The notes beneath the pieces were generated by a model. The model made no database searches. It was given only the letters and a program-made list of their open reading frames with translations, and was not told the DNA's origin. The translations under genes were made by a program, and so were the position numbers. Below are positions 48,632 through 62,800 of a stretch of DNA of 64,000 bases, piece by piece. Source of the DNA: Lingula anatina. Lineage: Eukaryota; Animalia; Brachiopoda. The stretch is taken from the NCBI GenBank assembly GCA_051362555.1, contig CM120644.1, positions 1,868,954-1,932,953 of the forward strand. The letters are read 5' to 3'. Position 1 is the stretch's first letter. Every line of letters begins with the position of its first letter.

Positions 48632-50429
48632 AAACAGTGGCGACAAGACAAGCCTGGAATTGTCTCACATCCGGGCTTCTGACATTTGAGAGATTTCCCG
48701 CGAGACGAGATTGAAAGTTTCCAGTGGCCAATATCGATTTGTGCTAGTATAAACAGAAAAGAAAAAAGGGAAATTAATTTAAGAAATGAAAAAAACAAAA
48801 TTTATCGAGATAATGTTGATGTAATTGACGTTTCTGAAGTAAATTCAAATGACAGTTTTATATGGCGAAATATCCAATGACATGACATCTTTCATCTTTT
48901 TCAAAATGAATTTTATAAATATGGCAGGATCTTAAGAAATAACTATCAGAACATGTGGCACTTCCCTTAGCAAAATTTAAGGCTTCTTGCAAACAGTTGC
49001 TGCAAATTTGCAACAAATTTGCAAGAGGAAATTTACCATGTAAATTAAGTCTCTTGCAAATTTGCTGCAAACTCCCCACAAACTTAATCAGCATGACAAA
49101 AGGGAATCTGTCACAGGTTTCTTGCAAATTTGCTGCAAACTCTCAAGAACCATTCATGCGAATTTGCTGCAAACTCTCTACTACAGTTCTTGCGAATTTG
49201 CTGCAAACTCTCCAGAACTGTTCTTGCGAATTTTCTGCAAATTCACTAGAAGTTCTTGCAAATTTGCTGCAAACCCTCCAGAACTGTTCTTGCGAATGCT
49301 CTGCAAACTCATAAGAAATCCTTCTTGCAAATTTGCTGCAAAATCTCCAGAACTGTTCTCGCGAATTTTTCCGGAACCCTCCCCCCCCCCCCCAAAAAAA
49401 AAAAAAAAAAAAAAAAAAAATCGAAAAAACATTCTTCTGCAGTACCACTATTGCAGTAGACTGACAACTAATATTTAACCCAGTGATTATGCTTTTATTT
49501 ATGCCAGTTTTTTTTTTAAATTACATCTCAATCATGTATGCCATATTTGAAATCATGGAGTAGCAAAATATTATTACTGTATTTTAGCCATATAGTGCAG
49601 CTGGCAGAACACATACAGAAAATTATCAAATGAATGAAAAAATAGCACACACAGAATATCAGTAAGAAACACCATAAACATTTTTCAATATTTTATTTTA
49701 GAAACTTGCACATTTAAATCAAATTAAATCAACATTTGGTAAAGATTGTTCAGATGTCTCTGATATAATGATACAACGTGAATCTGCTTATGCATTTTAT
49801 TCATTGGAAAGAACAGTAACCAAGCTATAAAGGATGCTTTAATCTTTAAGAGGATTCAACAACTTTATTTACATCCAAGTTTAAAGAAGTCAGAGTTTAA
49901 TTATTGAGTCCTTAGTAATATGTCTTAATTCTGTTAACTGGCTTCAATATCTCAATCCTGTTAATGATTCACTGTAATGTATTTTGTGTGTATAAGTATA
50001 TAAGGAGTAGAACTTAGTATAAGAGCTCAGAGTGAGTTTGGTCAGTTGAACTGATAGCTAGATAGTCCCTGCTGTCCTAGGAGACTCCAAATCTGTCAGC
50101 CAGAGAAATAAACGTAGAGATCAGGCAGGTTGTAGTTGATCTCTGGAAAACATATCACCGCTGTTGTTTCACTCGCTAGAGAAGTCAGACCAAATTTCGA
50201 CTGGGATACAAGCACCATATCACATCTGAAAGACAAGAAAAATAAAACTTGACATTTCTTGTAAAATTTGTTGCACTCACAGGTAGTTTGTCAAGTAAGC
50301 TTCTAGTAGTTTCCATTAATAAAAACACCTATATATATACATATATATGATTTATGTTGTTAAGTAAAACTAAATTAAATTTAGCAGGCATGGTATAATC
50401 TAATCACAGTTAAAAATACTTTTCCTACC

Positions 50430-52232
50430 TTTTTTAAGGCCCTCTTTGCAGTGTGAATTTTTGCACTCATAGTGTGCTTAATTGCTGGCCCATCCATTTT
50501 CAAGTTGTTAATAACATACACTGAAAGAAAGAGAATTTAAACAATAAATAAAGAAAGCATGACTTAATTTAAAAAACTAAATGAGACAGATGGGGGGGGG
50601 GATGGATATGGAGGGCACAGGGTATGCGTGTGGGGAGTTATGGAGGGCACAGGGTTGGATATGGTATGGGTGTGGGGAGATATGGAGGGCACAGGGTTGG
50701 AGATGGTGGGAGTAAGACGGGGGACAGATGATGCACGAGGCACTGAAACACTTTCTTCAACTGCTGCATTACAAGCTGGCTCTGATTTTTTTCCTTGAAT
50801 AACACAGGGAAAGCTTTATTAAATTTGAATTCATGTGTGTAAAATGTACTTATTATTTGAAAGAGGAAATTACATTTTTTTCAGCATCTAGTGGAAAAGA
50901 TATGCAACAGCAATTGCAGGTCAATTAACAATATACTTACACTACTACCATTGCTCTGGTTGTCCTTTTATCTAAAAAAGTTAAAACATAAAATGTTATT
51001 CTACCAAAAAAGTGATGCATTAAGAATATATATTTATATATATGAACAGTTTATCATAGGTTGCATGGTTGTTTGAACTAAAAAAAAAGTGGGGTTCCTG
51101 TTATTCAGAAGCAAGGCAACACTGAAACATTTTGGATTCTGTGTTACTATTAAAAAAAAAAAAAAAACAACAATAATTATGGAATTATCAGACATATTAG
51201 TTTCACAAAGAAGAGATAAGTCAGTATGAGGGTGATACACTTAAATTCTTAGATTTGTTCAGAAGTCTTTGACACTCACTGAAAATACATTTACTCACCT
51301 TTCACATATGCCTTCTTTTCTTTCTGACATGCATTTCTGTCATCTAAAATAAAAGGAGAATAGGTTTCAAAGCATTCTTTTAAAACACATGTATTTGCAC
51401 TTTGATATTTCTCCTTTCTGTGGAAATGACCAAAACTGACTTTTAAAACCATCAAGACTATTAAAACTATAATTTTTTCCTGTGGCAGATATGATTGAAT
51501 GTGCAAGTTTTTTTTTCAAGATAAAAAGTAATTTCAAGGGGCTAAGTTTAAAGGTGCATATGAAGTAAATTTTGGCCATGCACATAAGCCAACAAAATGC
51601 CAGCATATAGTTTCAAGTAGTATAATTTAGAGGATTACCAAAAGGCATAGTTTAATTAACCCCCCCTCCAAAAAAAGAAAAGAAAAAATATTTGAACAGA
51701 TTTTTCTGCTAGCACTCTATGCTGTATATCAATGGGCAAAAAAATAAATAATAATAATAAATAAATAAATAATAATAATAATAATAGGTCATGAAAAAAG
51801 GCTTAATTTCTGGCCAAAAATTTAAAGAAAGGAGCAGTCTAAAGCTCTTTAATGACCAATCTGGTGACTTATTCAGTTTACCCCTTGTCATGTTAAATTT
51901 ATTTGAGTAATTAGGAAATTTGAAGAAGTAGTTTATATATGTTACTGGAAATCCATGTTACAGCGATGCTCTGTAAATATGTACCTTAAGTGCCGTATGA
52001 ACCCTTCTGCCCTTTGAATTTATTTCACCTAAGCAAACTATACTAATTGAGAATACACTTACCACTAAATGTAAATCACTTTTGCCAAATACATGCAACC
52101 ATCCCAAGGAGCCATGAGTGTCTCTCCAACAGTAGGGACTTCCCCTTCTTACTCTTCCTCCCTCTGAAACTTCGAAACGTCTTCCACTGATACAACTCCA
52201 TCCTTGTCAAAACAAATAGTAATCCACGTCTC
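50430..52232 (-). pseudogene. Spliced accessory gene remnant of the EnSpm-like element (possible BEN-family protein)
   Basis: GT-AG flanked minus-strand exons: about 52073-52231 (TWITICFDKDGVVS...VGETLMAPWDGCMYLAKVIYI, with stops), about 51299-51344, a Pro-rich segment at about 50600-50795 and about 50430-50520 (YVINNLKMDGPAIKHTMSAKIHTAKRALKK). Confidence 0.4.
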
Positions 52233-52275
52233 TATAATTTAAAAAGAATATAGTTACACACTTATTCAACCGTAA

Positions 52276-52308
<33 letters not shown>

Positions 52309-53418
52309 AAGGAGAGAGAGAGAGAGAGAGAGCAGAAAAAAAGGAGAGAGAGAGAGGGAAAGAGAGGAAAATAAGAAGAGAAAGAGAGAGAGAGAGAACG
52401 AGATGGCCTTCCCAACAAGTACCATACTAGCGCCCCCATACTAGAACTGTATTTAGAATCGGTTTACTTTCTACTTTCTACTCGCAGGCATGATGAGAAT
52501 TCTCTGAGTGTAGTAAAATCCTATCTTGAACCAAACGTTCTGATTAACCTTTGCACTCACCTGGCTTTGCAATCAACGCATAATAATTTCTAACTGGTTA
52601 CACCAACTTAAAATCAGCTGCCGGTAAATCTCAAACCGTCTTCTTCTTCAAAATTTCCCGTGATGCATCAGATCGCGCATCAACCTATCACGATTAGTCG
52701 TTTTCATGACCATTTCCGGTTGTCAGATAATCGCCGTTCATGAGAGCTCCGTGGACCAAGAATCTTAAATTTGATCTAACTATTAGAAAAGGTAGATTCT
52801 GCCAACACCACTACAGATCTGCTCCTGCATCCAGACCAACTATTGTTTACTGGGGTGGAATTGTTGAAAAGTCGTCAAGGCTGCGCGTGTCTTTATTTCG
52901 CGGAAGATGAATCCCAGCAATACTAGCAAACCATGCAGTGAAAGGTACGTAGCAGCTTATCTAGCAAGATAGTTATCAGATGATTGAAAATTATCATCGC
53001 AATATTTGAGTGGGTGTCAACAGAGACTTGAATGTTGGAGGTCTCTCAGGTGTCTCTTCAGAAAAAAAAAAAAAAGCACGAAACAGTTTGATACATTGTT
53101 TAATAGTGAGTGTTAGTAAATATTACTTTTTTTTCTTTCCATTCCTAAGTTACCATCAGATTTATATTATCTTTACATTGTTTTATTAAAAGGAGCATTT
53201 GGTTTGTGTATTTTTTATGAATTGACATTGATAAAAGTTAAATAATTTTAATGTCTTAAAACTGATAAATGCCATATAAAATGCATTTTTACATTAAAAG
53301 CATCTTTTCTGCTTACATTTTAGCTTTGTGTCAAATAATGATGACATTTTAAATCAAGTCTATAACAATCCAGTGAAGTTAAATAGCCCAAATGTACTTA
53401 TATGTCAGGTTACATTAA

Positions 53419-54409
53419 AGACAGTCTCAGCGCGTTAAACCCTTAAAATAGCACGAAAATGAATTTTCCTGGAAAACTCACCAATTTCCCCATAATGACC
53501 AAGGTATATCTTATCCAAAACCGTTCAGAAAATGAAGCTACCTAATACCGTTTTTAAGTTCCATTAAATAATAAAAGACGACTCGTCTTAAATACTCAGC
53601 TACCACCTCACAGTACGGCTTCAGAACGCGCAATTTCTCGCTAAGTCTCGCGGTTTACTATGAATGAAGTACTACGGCTGAGACCCGGATGTTACTATTT
53701 GGCGCCAAAACAGCAAACATGGCTCAGACGCGCGTCAAGTCTGAAGAGGAGAGCGACAAAAGGGGGCGAAAGAAAATAGCCACTCCTGTTCAAAAGATAC
53801 GAAAGAAATTAGAGACAGACGAAGAAGCACTCAGACTGTGTATGTTGGGAGGGAGGTGGGGCGGTGGAGGACACTTAAAGCTGAGTTAGGACTCACATAC
53901 GAGGCAATGGCGAAACTACTCCTCGACACGTGAGTATGCGCTTCACAGGTCTCAAGTGTGTCTCATTATCATATTATCCTGTTCACAATAAATGGCAATA
54001 TTTGTGCTCATACAAAGTTGGTTACGTGTATAAGAGCGTTTTTGGGCTTTACTTTTTCTGTTTTTGATCGGTACATGTACCGAAAAGATGGACAGGCGGC
54101 ACTTACATGTCTGACAAGTTTCGCTGTGTAGTCGTGACGTCTATCTCATTCTGACTGAAGCCTGCTGTGATTGGTCGTAAGCATGGGAAAATCGAGGTCG
54201 TGACCTTGAGCCGGAAGTACTTCTGGCTGTGCTCCGAAATCATGATAAATAGTTTTCGTTTTCTAATTCTTTATTCTAGTTGTCTTAACAGGACTTTTGT
54301 GACCCAGACTTATTCATATAATAATAAACAATCTCCCAAAACACAAATCTGATCAAAGTTTTACATAGAACCTGCTTCTATACATTAATCTAACCCACTG
54401 AGTTGTCCT
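53419..54409 (+). mobile_element. Kolobok-like element nested in the EnSpm-like transposon
   Basis: TTAA flanks; imperfect TIR AGACAGTCTCAG / AGGACAACTCAG; internal frameshifted exon at about 53719-53930. Confidence 0.5.
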
Positions 54410-56289
54410 TTAAATTTTTGAGTTACAGTTAGATTAGGCTCTGCTGTGCTGTATTCTTCAAAGTGGAATTGTTTAGGAAAGCTTATTAAGAGACAGTTTG
54501 AGTCTTAGGAGATGGGGACTTGCTTGTCCTAAACAACAAATAATTATTCACTTTACAATAGTCCCCGAATCTTTGATACAGATCAGTGCTATAGTAATTA
54601 ACAGTCAGGTGTGAATAGGGCTCTTCCTTGCTAGCAGCACATCTTGTGGGCTGAGCATTTCAGATAGTTGTCGTCCAATTGAAAATTGTCACCTTTATAA
54701 GAGTGAGTGTCAACTAAGAATTTGGAAGGAGGATTCCCTTTAGTGTTTCTTAAGACATGACAGTTTGATACTTAACTGTGTATAAAATATTACCCTTGTC
54801 TACTGTTATTCCCTATTTAGTTTATTCTAGTTTAACAAAATCTAATAAAATTAGCTGTAGGTTTCTGTGTATATTACCATAGTTAAAGGTACATTTTGAA
54901 CTGAGTGTGGTGAAACATGGATTCTCAGTAAATGCTTATTAACTACTTCTACTAGTTTGGTATACAACTAGAATAATTTATTAGACATGACAAGGAAAAA
55001 TCACTTGATCAGCAAAAAGGAGCTTTTAACTGCTCCTTATTTTAAATTTTGGCTGAAAATTTAACATACAAGTACATATCTTACTTATCTGCCTGGATTA
55101 TATCGGCATAGCAAGCTAGCAGAAAATATTGTTCAAATATCATTTTTCGGGCAGTATTAAGTGATGTCTTGCGGTAATTATCTTAGTACTATTTAAAATT
55201 TTTACTAGCAATTGGTGAGCTTTTGTGGCAAAAATTTACCATTTATGCATCCTAAAATTGATAAAATTTTGATGTCTCTAGGTATATGCATAACAAAATG
55301 CAATTTTCCATTATTAGAACCCCTTCTACAGTCATTTGGGTTATTTGTCAGGAAGTGAAATGCTTTTAATTGAATCCATTATAATCCAGTGAAGCTAAAT
55401 AGCTTAGGTAGTCCTAAAATATCTGTCAGATAATATAGAATTTAAAATTGAGTTGTAGTCACATTAAGCTTTGATGACCTGTAAATACTCTTAGAAGTGG
55501 AATTGTTCAGCTAAGCTTGTTGAAAGACAGTATGTACCTTAAGGGATAGATACTTGTTTGTTGTTAAATGCTTCTCTAATTAGCAAGTAGGAATTTTAAG
55601 GTCCATGATCTTTACCTAGATACAGATCAGTTATTAACAGTCAGGTGTGAACAGGTTTCATCCTTTCTCTCAGCATCTTGCAAGATGAGCATGTCAGAGA
55701 CTTGAATGGGGGGGATGGTGGGGGAATCTGGCAGGTGTCTCTTAAAAAATAAGTTTAATACATTGCAAAAATTTGAAGGTCAAAAGTGAAAAAAAAGAAC
55801 AAAAAACTACAAGAAAAGATTCAGAAAATAATAACAAGTGCCAAGGAAAATATAATTTTCTAGCATTAAGGACTATCAACATTTACTTGATCATTTTACA
55901 GTGCAATTCTATTCGAACAAGCCAATACCACAGACATAAGGAATATATACATGTATTGCTATATGAAGACTATCAATGTACAAACTAGCAGAAGAAATTT
56001 AAAGGTATTCAGGCACTAATTAGAGTTTAAGAGCCTGTGAATTACATGATTTGAGTGACATCTAGGGTTTTATTCTTAAATGTCCATTCCACAGCATGCT
56101 TAAGCAGAAATACATTTTTACTATTAAGAATGTCGGATTGGGGAGGGGGGGTGTTAAAGTCAAGTAAAATTAAATAATCAATGCACAAATAACTGTAAAT
56201 AAAACTTTATTCATACTTCACTAATTATGTACGCTAAAAATCCTGAAAACCGAGGATCCAACTGAACTTAATAAGCATGGGTTTGCTGT

Positions 56290-56321
<32 letters not shown>

Positions 56322-56827
56322 ATAATTTGCTTTTAATTCTTTCATTGTTTCATTCTGATGAACCACAGGGCTTAGAGATTTAACAAATTGAATTGAAAGA
56401 CCTCTCAGATAAGAATCAGTGTGTAATGTGTTGGTCTGCTTAGACAGTTAATTATCTCTCAGGTGTGTAGTTTCCATAAAAGAACCAAATTCTGCTGCAC
56501 TGTAATTATCCATGAAAATTTGAAAGACCAGATGTGTCAAGGACACTGAATTTGAAGTTCCACCCTTACTAGTATGCATTTCAATTGAAGGACCACTGTT
56601 CTTTGCTTAGATAGAAATCAGTTTGTTTATGTAGGTGCTATATAATGAAATGAGAATCTTTCTGCTTTGAATACAATGCTACTTAGTAATCTATAGTAAA
56701 TGGGGACTGAAAATGTACATCTTTTTTTAATCAATGAGACCTGTTATAATAAATTGATCAATCTAGGCTTATTGTGACATATATTTTTCATAATTCTTTT
56801 TTTTTTTCTTATTTTTTTTAGACAAGA

Positions 56828-57310
56828 TGGCTGACCAACTTGGTAGAGTGAGACCCAAAAGATAAAGACCTTATCCTGAGAATGCCAAAGAGTTGGATGT
56901 ACAGAATATTAAAGCAACAGCTATATGTGACATACCTGACACAATAAAACAACTAAAAGAAGTTTGTGAAAATGACAATGGCAAAGAAAACTGTGGTCCT
57001 AACTTCTCTTATAGCGAAGAAGAGTTGAGTAATGAAGTGCACTGTGATGGTGATTATAGTGACAGTGATGATGATTTCAATGGAGATACCTGTGATGACC
57101 CATGTGACAAACCAATTTACCCTGATCATAACTTGACAGTGCACCTTAGTATTTTGCTCATTTTTCTGTATGCCACTGCCCATGCAATTACTGGGAGTCA
57201 ATTAAGTGATCTTCACATGCTCATCAGTATACACTGGTTTGCAAACTCACCCTGGGCTAAAGAGTTTATTTGTTTTTAAGAAGTACTTCTGAGGAATGTC
57301 ATCCCCTGTA
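56828..57310 (+). pseudogene. N-terminal remnant of EnSpm-type transposase
   Basis: An acidic stretch followed by PIYPDHNLTVHLSILLIFLYATAHAITGSQLSDLHMLISIH, the pattern recalled from the N-terminus of animal EnSpm transposases. Stops and frameshifts are present; no catalytic core was seen. Confidence 0.55.
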
Positions 57311-57617
57311 GTGTTGATTTTTATGTTCATTGATAGTTGGTGGGTTACATCATAACTCAGTATTGCTCCAAATCTGCCTAAATCATGAAAACCCTATGAA
57401 ATCTTAACATCATCCTGGTTACTCGGTATTATAAGCAGTAAATCAAAGTATTAATTTGATAATAATACATAAGAACTTAAATTATATCAAGTACAAATGT
57501 TATTATGAATAAATAATCATTTATATAAACATTTGGAACTATTTTTTTTTATGTGGGGTTATGTAAATAAATAAATTTGGCCAAAAAGTGGGCAAAATCC
57601 ATAACTGAACATGAATT

Positions 57618-57651
<34 letters not shown>

Positions 57652-57789
57652 TACAATTTTGTTAGTTTGAGTAAGGATGGTTTCGAGAATGGAAAAGAAG
57701 TTTTCAAATGCCTAAATCTTGATTATTTCAAAAAAAAGTTAATTTCTATTTTTATAAGTTTTTTGCAAACTGTAAGCAAATAGCCATTT

Positions 57790-58195
57790 TTGTTTTTTTT
57801 TTGCAAACTTCTTGCGAACTGTAAGTTAATTTCTAAGTTTCTTGCAAACTTATCGCGAACTGTAAGTAATTGTCTAAGTTTCTTGCAAACTTGTCGCAAA
57901 CTGTAAGTAATTGTCTAAGTTTCTTGCAAACTTCTTGTGAACTGTAAGTTGATGTCTAAGTTTCTTGCAAACTTATGGCGAACTGTAAGTAATTGACTAA
58001 GTTTCTTGCAAACTTATGGCGAACTGTAAGTAATTGTTTAAGTTTCTTGCAAACTTGTCGCGAACTGTAAGTAATTGTCTAAGTTTCTTGCAAACTTATC
58101 GCGAACTGTAAGTAATTGTCTAAGTTTCTTGCAAAGTATTGCGAACTGTAAGTAATTGTTTAAGTTTCTTGCAAACTTCTTGTGAACTGTAAGTA
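57790..58195. repeat. 41-bp tandem subterminal repeat
   Basis: AACTGTAAGTAATTGTCTAAGTTTCTTGCAAACTT(A/G)TCGCG, about 10 copies. Confidence 0.9.
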
Positions 58196-59145
58196 GACTG
58201 CTGAGTATCTCGAAAATTTGATGCAAACTAAGTAAATGTCATCTTGCAAACTTCTCCCAAACTATTAACAAATGTCTAAGTGTCTTCAGGTGTCTTCAGA
58301 CTTCTCATAAACTAAAGTTTATAAATTTCTTAGTTTCATGCAAAAATCTCATAAGCTGTTAGTTAACTTGGCCTTTTTTTTTTTTTTTTTAAACTTAATA
58401 CTAATATTTTGGCTCGAAAATGGCACTTCCTGACATCCATGCTCAGTGCAAACATCATTAATTTAACTGTATGTTAGTAAAAAAAGGTATGGACTTTCTT
58501 GCAAAACTCAGGCAAACTTTTATATGAAAAAGAATTTGCAAATTTGCTGCAAACATGAAACAATTTCTTGCAATTTCTTGCAAATGAATCAACTTGGTGT
58601 GTATAAAAGCTGAGTTTCTTGCAAACCTTTATGTAAATGAGGAGTTTATTCCAAATTTACTGCATTTGCAACAATGTTAGTCTTTCTTGCAAACTTCCTG
58701 CAAAATGTTATGTAAATGAAGGTTTTCTTGCAAATTTTCTGCAAATTTGCAACAGGGTATATTTATCCTTGCAAACTTTCTTCAGGCTTTTATGTAAATG
58801 AGCAGTTTCTTGCAAATTTGCTGCAAATTTGCAACAGTGTATAGTCTTTCTTGCAAACATCCAGCAAACTTTTATGTAAATGAGGGTCTTCTTGCAAATT
58901 TGCTGCAAATTTGCAAGAAAATAGAAGCTTTCTTGCAAATTTGCTGCGAATTTGCTAGAAAATGATAGTTTTCTTGCAAACTACCTGCAAACTTTTAATC
59001 TTCCTGCAAATTTGCAGCAAATTTGCAACAACTGTGATTTTTCTTGCAACAACCTGCAAACAGTTTCTTGCAAACTATTTGGTTTGCAGCAAATTTGCTG
59101 CAAATTTTTTGCGAGTTTGCTGCAAACTTTTCATTTTGCTAAGGG

Positions 59146-59793
59146 TTATTTTGTTAAATGAACCAAAATGTGTACGTAAAAAAATCGTAAATGAAATTCT
59201 TGCTGTGATTGTAAAGGTTTTAAATGGTCTTTATAGGTTTCTGTGTTGCTGCCTTTTAACGGGTTCATTATTGTGAAAGAAAAGAATGTTTCAATTTCAT
59301 TTTGTTGAATATTTTTTTGCTCGGGTATACCGTAATCACATATTGTTATGTGTCATGGCTGCCGGGCTGTTGTCAACTCGACACAATTTATACACTGTCG
59401 CCATCTACTGTAATACTATTATACAGCATGTACTTATATACGCGTGATAATCTTCAAATCAACAGGCGGACTAACTCTGACCCCTTTGCCACTCCGACAA
59501 TTGGAGAAAAGACAAACCTAAACAAACGGAACACTATTTTCTACACTAAGTCTACCATTTGCGAAACAATTAATACATGATATTATTGGAATTATTAACC
59601 AAAACCTTTCTGTAGGCCCTGTGTTATTTTCAAAGTTGAAAATAAGGGTGCATATAAATAAGTCTGTTTTGTTGCATCACTGTACACTGTACACTTGATA
59701 AAGCATCTCAAACGAGATAGGATGAGCTTCTTGGGCCCAATTACCATAGAATAGGGGACTAACTTGTCAAAGGGTCAAATATGGCCACCCACT

Positions 59794-59871
<78 letters not shown>

Positions 59872-62800
59872 AACCACAGTTGGAGACATTTTTATTGCTT
59901 TGAAATTATAAGGTTAGAGAAACAAATGGAACAAAAATGCCGTCCAAAATAAGGTCAAAGACAAGGCGGTGACAGGCAGCCTAAGTGGGACGTAATAACA
60001 GAGATAAGATCGGTTGGGTGTATGTTTATCTTTGTAACCCACATGTACAAAAATATCCTCCCAACTCACATGACACAGTCTCTCAGGGCTTGTGCGTAAA
60101 ACAGACATTTTCCAAGACCTGGGGCTATCTGGCTTTCTAAAATCCAGTCATCTTAGGCTAAGGCCCACCAAACAAGTGAAAATATATATTATTAGGTGAT
60201 CATGAAAGGTGCACTCCATGGGTTTGAAAATCTTGCAAGTGTCTATTTTTGCCTTCCACGGTTTTTCGCAAAAACCATACATAAACCTTAAAATCGATTA
60301 AACCCCTTAAACAATTTTTCTGGAGCGTACCTGATGTTGATACTTCTGTGGGAGCTTAAGAAGATGTTCGCTGGTTATAATGACTGGTCAGAAATTCTAA
60401 ATTAAATCAACCTCTATAATATTTTAAAATTAAAATTAAAATTTAAGATCGAATTCAAGTGCAGATAGGGGTTGATATAAGATCCGTGAGTAAGAGAAAA
60501 TTGGTTATTTTCCCGGCAAAATCCATTTGTAGGGAAGATCTCAAGGAGTTGCCCTTAAATAAAGGAATTTGTTTCACTTTGTCAGCCTACTAGCATCCTT
60601 ATCCCAATTTCGACAAGATATTTATTTAGGCTCATGTTGTTATTATATATTTGGTTCACATTCAACTATCTTTCGACTTCTTTTCGGCTGTATAATTTTG
60701 GCACATAACTCATTTGGCTTTTGTTTGTATATATATATATACATGCACAATAACATGAATATATTTTGGCTTGCAGTATTTCGGCTTATGCTATTTTGGT
60801 TTTTATTTTCCATTCTTTTTTTCTGGTTGCAATTGTTGGCCTCTTTGCAACCCCACAAATGAAAATATTTGCACTATTTGTTTTGATATTTATTTTTAAG
60901 AGATAACATTACGTAATTTTAACTAATTAACATTATTTAGTGCTATATAATATCTAACACCATCCTTTAATAGAGGGACCTTTCAATAAAAACGGCCGCT
61001 ACCGGCCAAATTTCGTACACTATACATGTATATCTGTGTTTGTCATTTACTTATCCTTTGGCTTGGGTTAATGTTTAGTTTAGTTTAAATTATTTCACTG
61101 TAACATATGCTTCCACTTGTGTGGATGAAAATGACAATATGAATACAAATTTTGTGAATATGCTATTAATGAGGAGACATAAATACTGTTTGCATTAAAA
61201 TTTATATGACATTACGTATGGGGTTTCAAAAAAAAATTTTCGACCATTATCAAGGGCTGCGGATTAGTATAAACCAGTGACTGTCAAGTCATTCTGGATA
61301 AAGACAAGGATCCACCAATCAGGAGTGAGAGGTCATATAGTAAACCGCAGTGGTAGACGTTTTTATCGCTTTAAAACCCAAGTTAGAGACACAAATGGAA
61401 TAAATGCCGTCCAAAATAAAGACAAGACAAAGCAGGGACAAGCAGCCTAAGTAGGACGTAATGACAAAGATAAGATCGGTTGGGTGTATGTTTATCTTTG
61501 TAACCCACATGTACAAAAATATCCTCCCAACTCACATGACACAGTCTCTCAGGGCTTGTGCGTAAAACAGACATTTTCCAAGACCTGGGGCTATCTGGCT
61601 TTCTAAAATCCAGTCATCTTAGGCTAAGGCCCACCAAACAAGTGAAAATATATATTTATTAACAGGTGATCATGAAAGGTGCACTCCATGGGTTTGAAAA
61701 TCTCGCAAGTGTTTATTTTTGCCTTCCACGGCTTTTCGTAAAAACCTTACACAAATCTTAAAAACGATTAAACCCCTGAAACAATTTTTCTGGAGCGTAC
61801 CTGATGTTGATACTTCTGTGGGAGCTTAAGAAGATGTTCGCTGGTTATAATGACCGGTCGGAAATTTTAAACTAAATCAACCTCTATAATATTTTAAAAT
61901 TAAAATTAAAATTTAAGATCGAATTCAAGTGCAGTGTCAGCCTACTAGCATCCTTATCCCAATTTCGACAAGATATTTATTTAGGCTCATGTTGTTATTA
62001 TATATTTGGTTCACATTCAACAATCTTTCGACTTCTTTTCGGCTGTATAATTTTGGCACATAACTCATTTGGCTTTTGTTTGTATATATATATACATGCA
62101 TAATAACATGAATATATTTTGGCTTGCAGTATTTCGGCTTATGCTATTTTGGTTTTTATTTTCCATTCTTTTTTTCTGGTTGCAATTGTTGGCCTCTTTG
62201 CAACCCCTAAAAAGAAAATATTTGCACTATTGGTTTTGATATTTATTTTTAAGACATAACATTACGTAATTTTAACTAATTAACATTATTTAGTGCTATA
62301 TAATATCTAACACCATCCTTTAATAGAGGGACCTTTCAATAAAAGCGGCCGCTACCGGCCAAATTTCGAACACCATATATCTGTGTTTGTCATTTACTTA
62401 TCCTGTGGCTTGGGTATAATGTTTAAGTTTACTTTAGTTTAAATTATTTCACTGTAACATATGCTTCCACTTGTGTGGATGAAAATGACAATATGAATAC
62501 AAATTTTGTGAATATGCTATTAATGAGGAGACATAAATACTGTTTGCATTAAAATTTATGTGACATTACGGATGTGGTTTAAAAAAAATCGACCAATAAC
62601 AAGGGCTGCGGATTAGTATAAACCAGCGACTGTCAGGTCATTCTGGATAAAGACAAGAATCCACCAATCAGGAGTGAGAGATCATAGATAACTTTTATTT
62701 ATAAACTATATTTATTATATCGGTGTGTATAGAGTGTATTTGTGTCAGTGTCTATTCAGTACGTCTGTCTGGCATAGCGAGAGGAAGGATGTGGAAGTCA

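Larger units (their letters stand above)
48964..59145 (+). mobile_element. CACTA/EnSpm-like DNA transposon, 10,182 bp, degenerate
   Basis: 13-bp TIR CCCTTAGCAAAAT, 2-bp TSD TT (empty site GGCACTTATTTTG at about 17612), long TTGCAAATTTGCTGCAAA subterminal arrays at both ends, and a transposase remnant at about 56900-57300. Confidence 0.85.
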
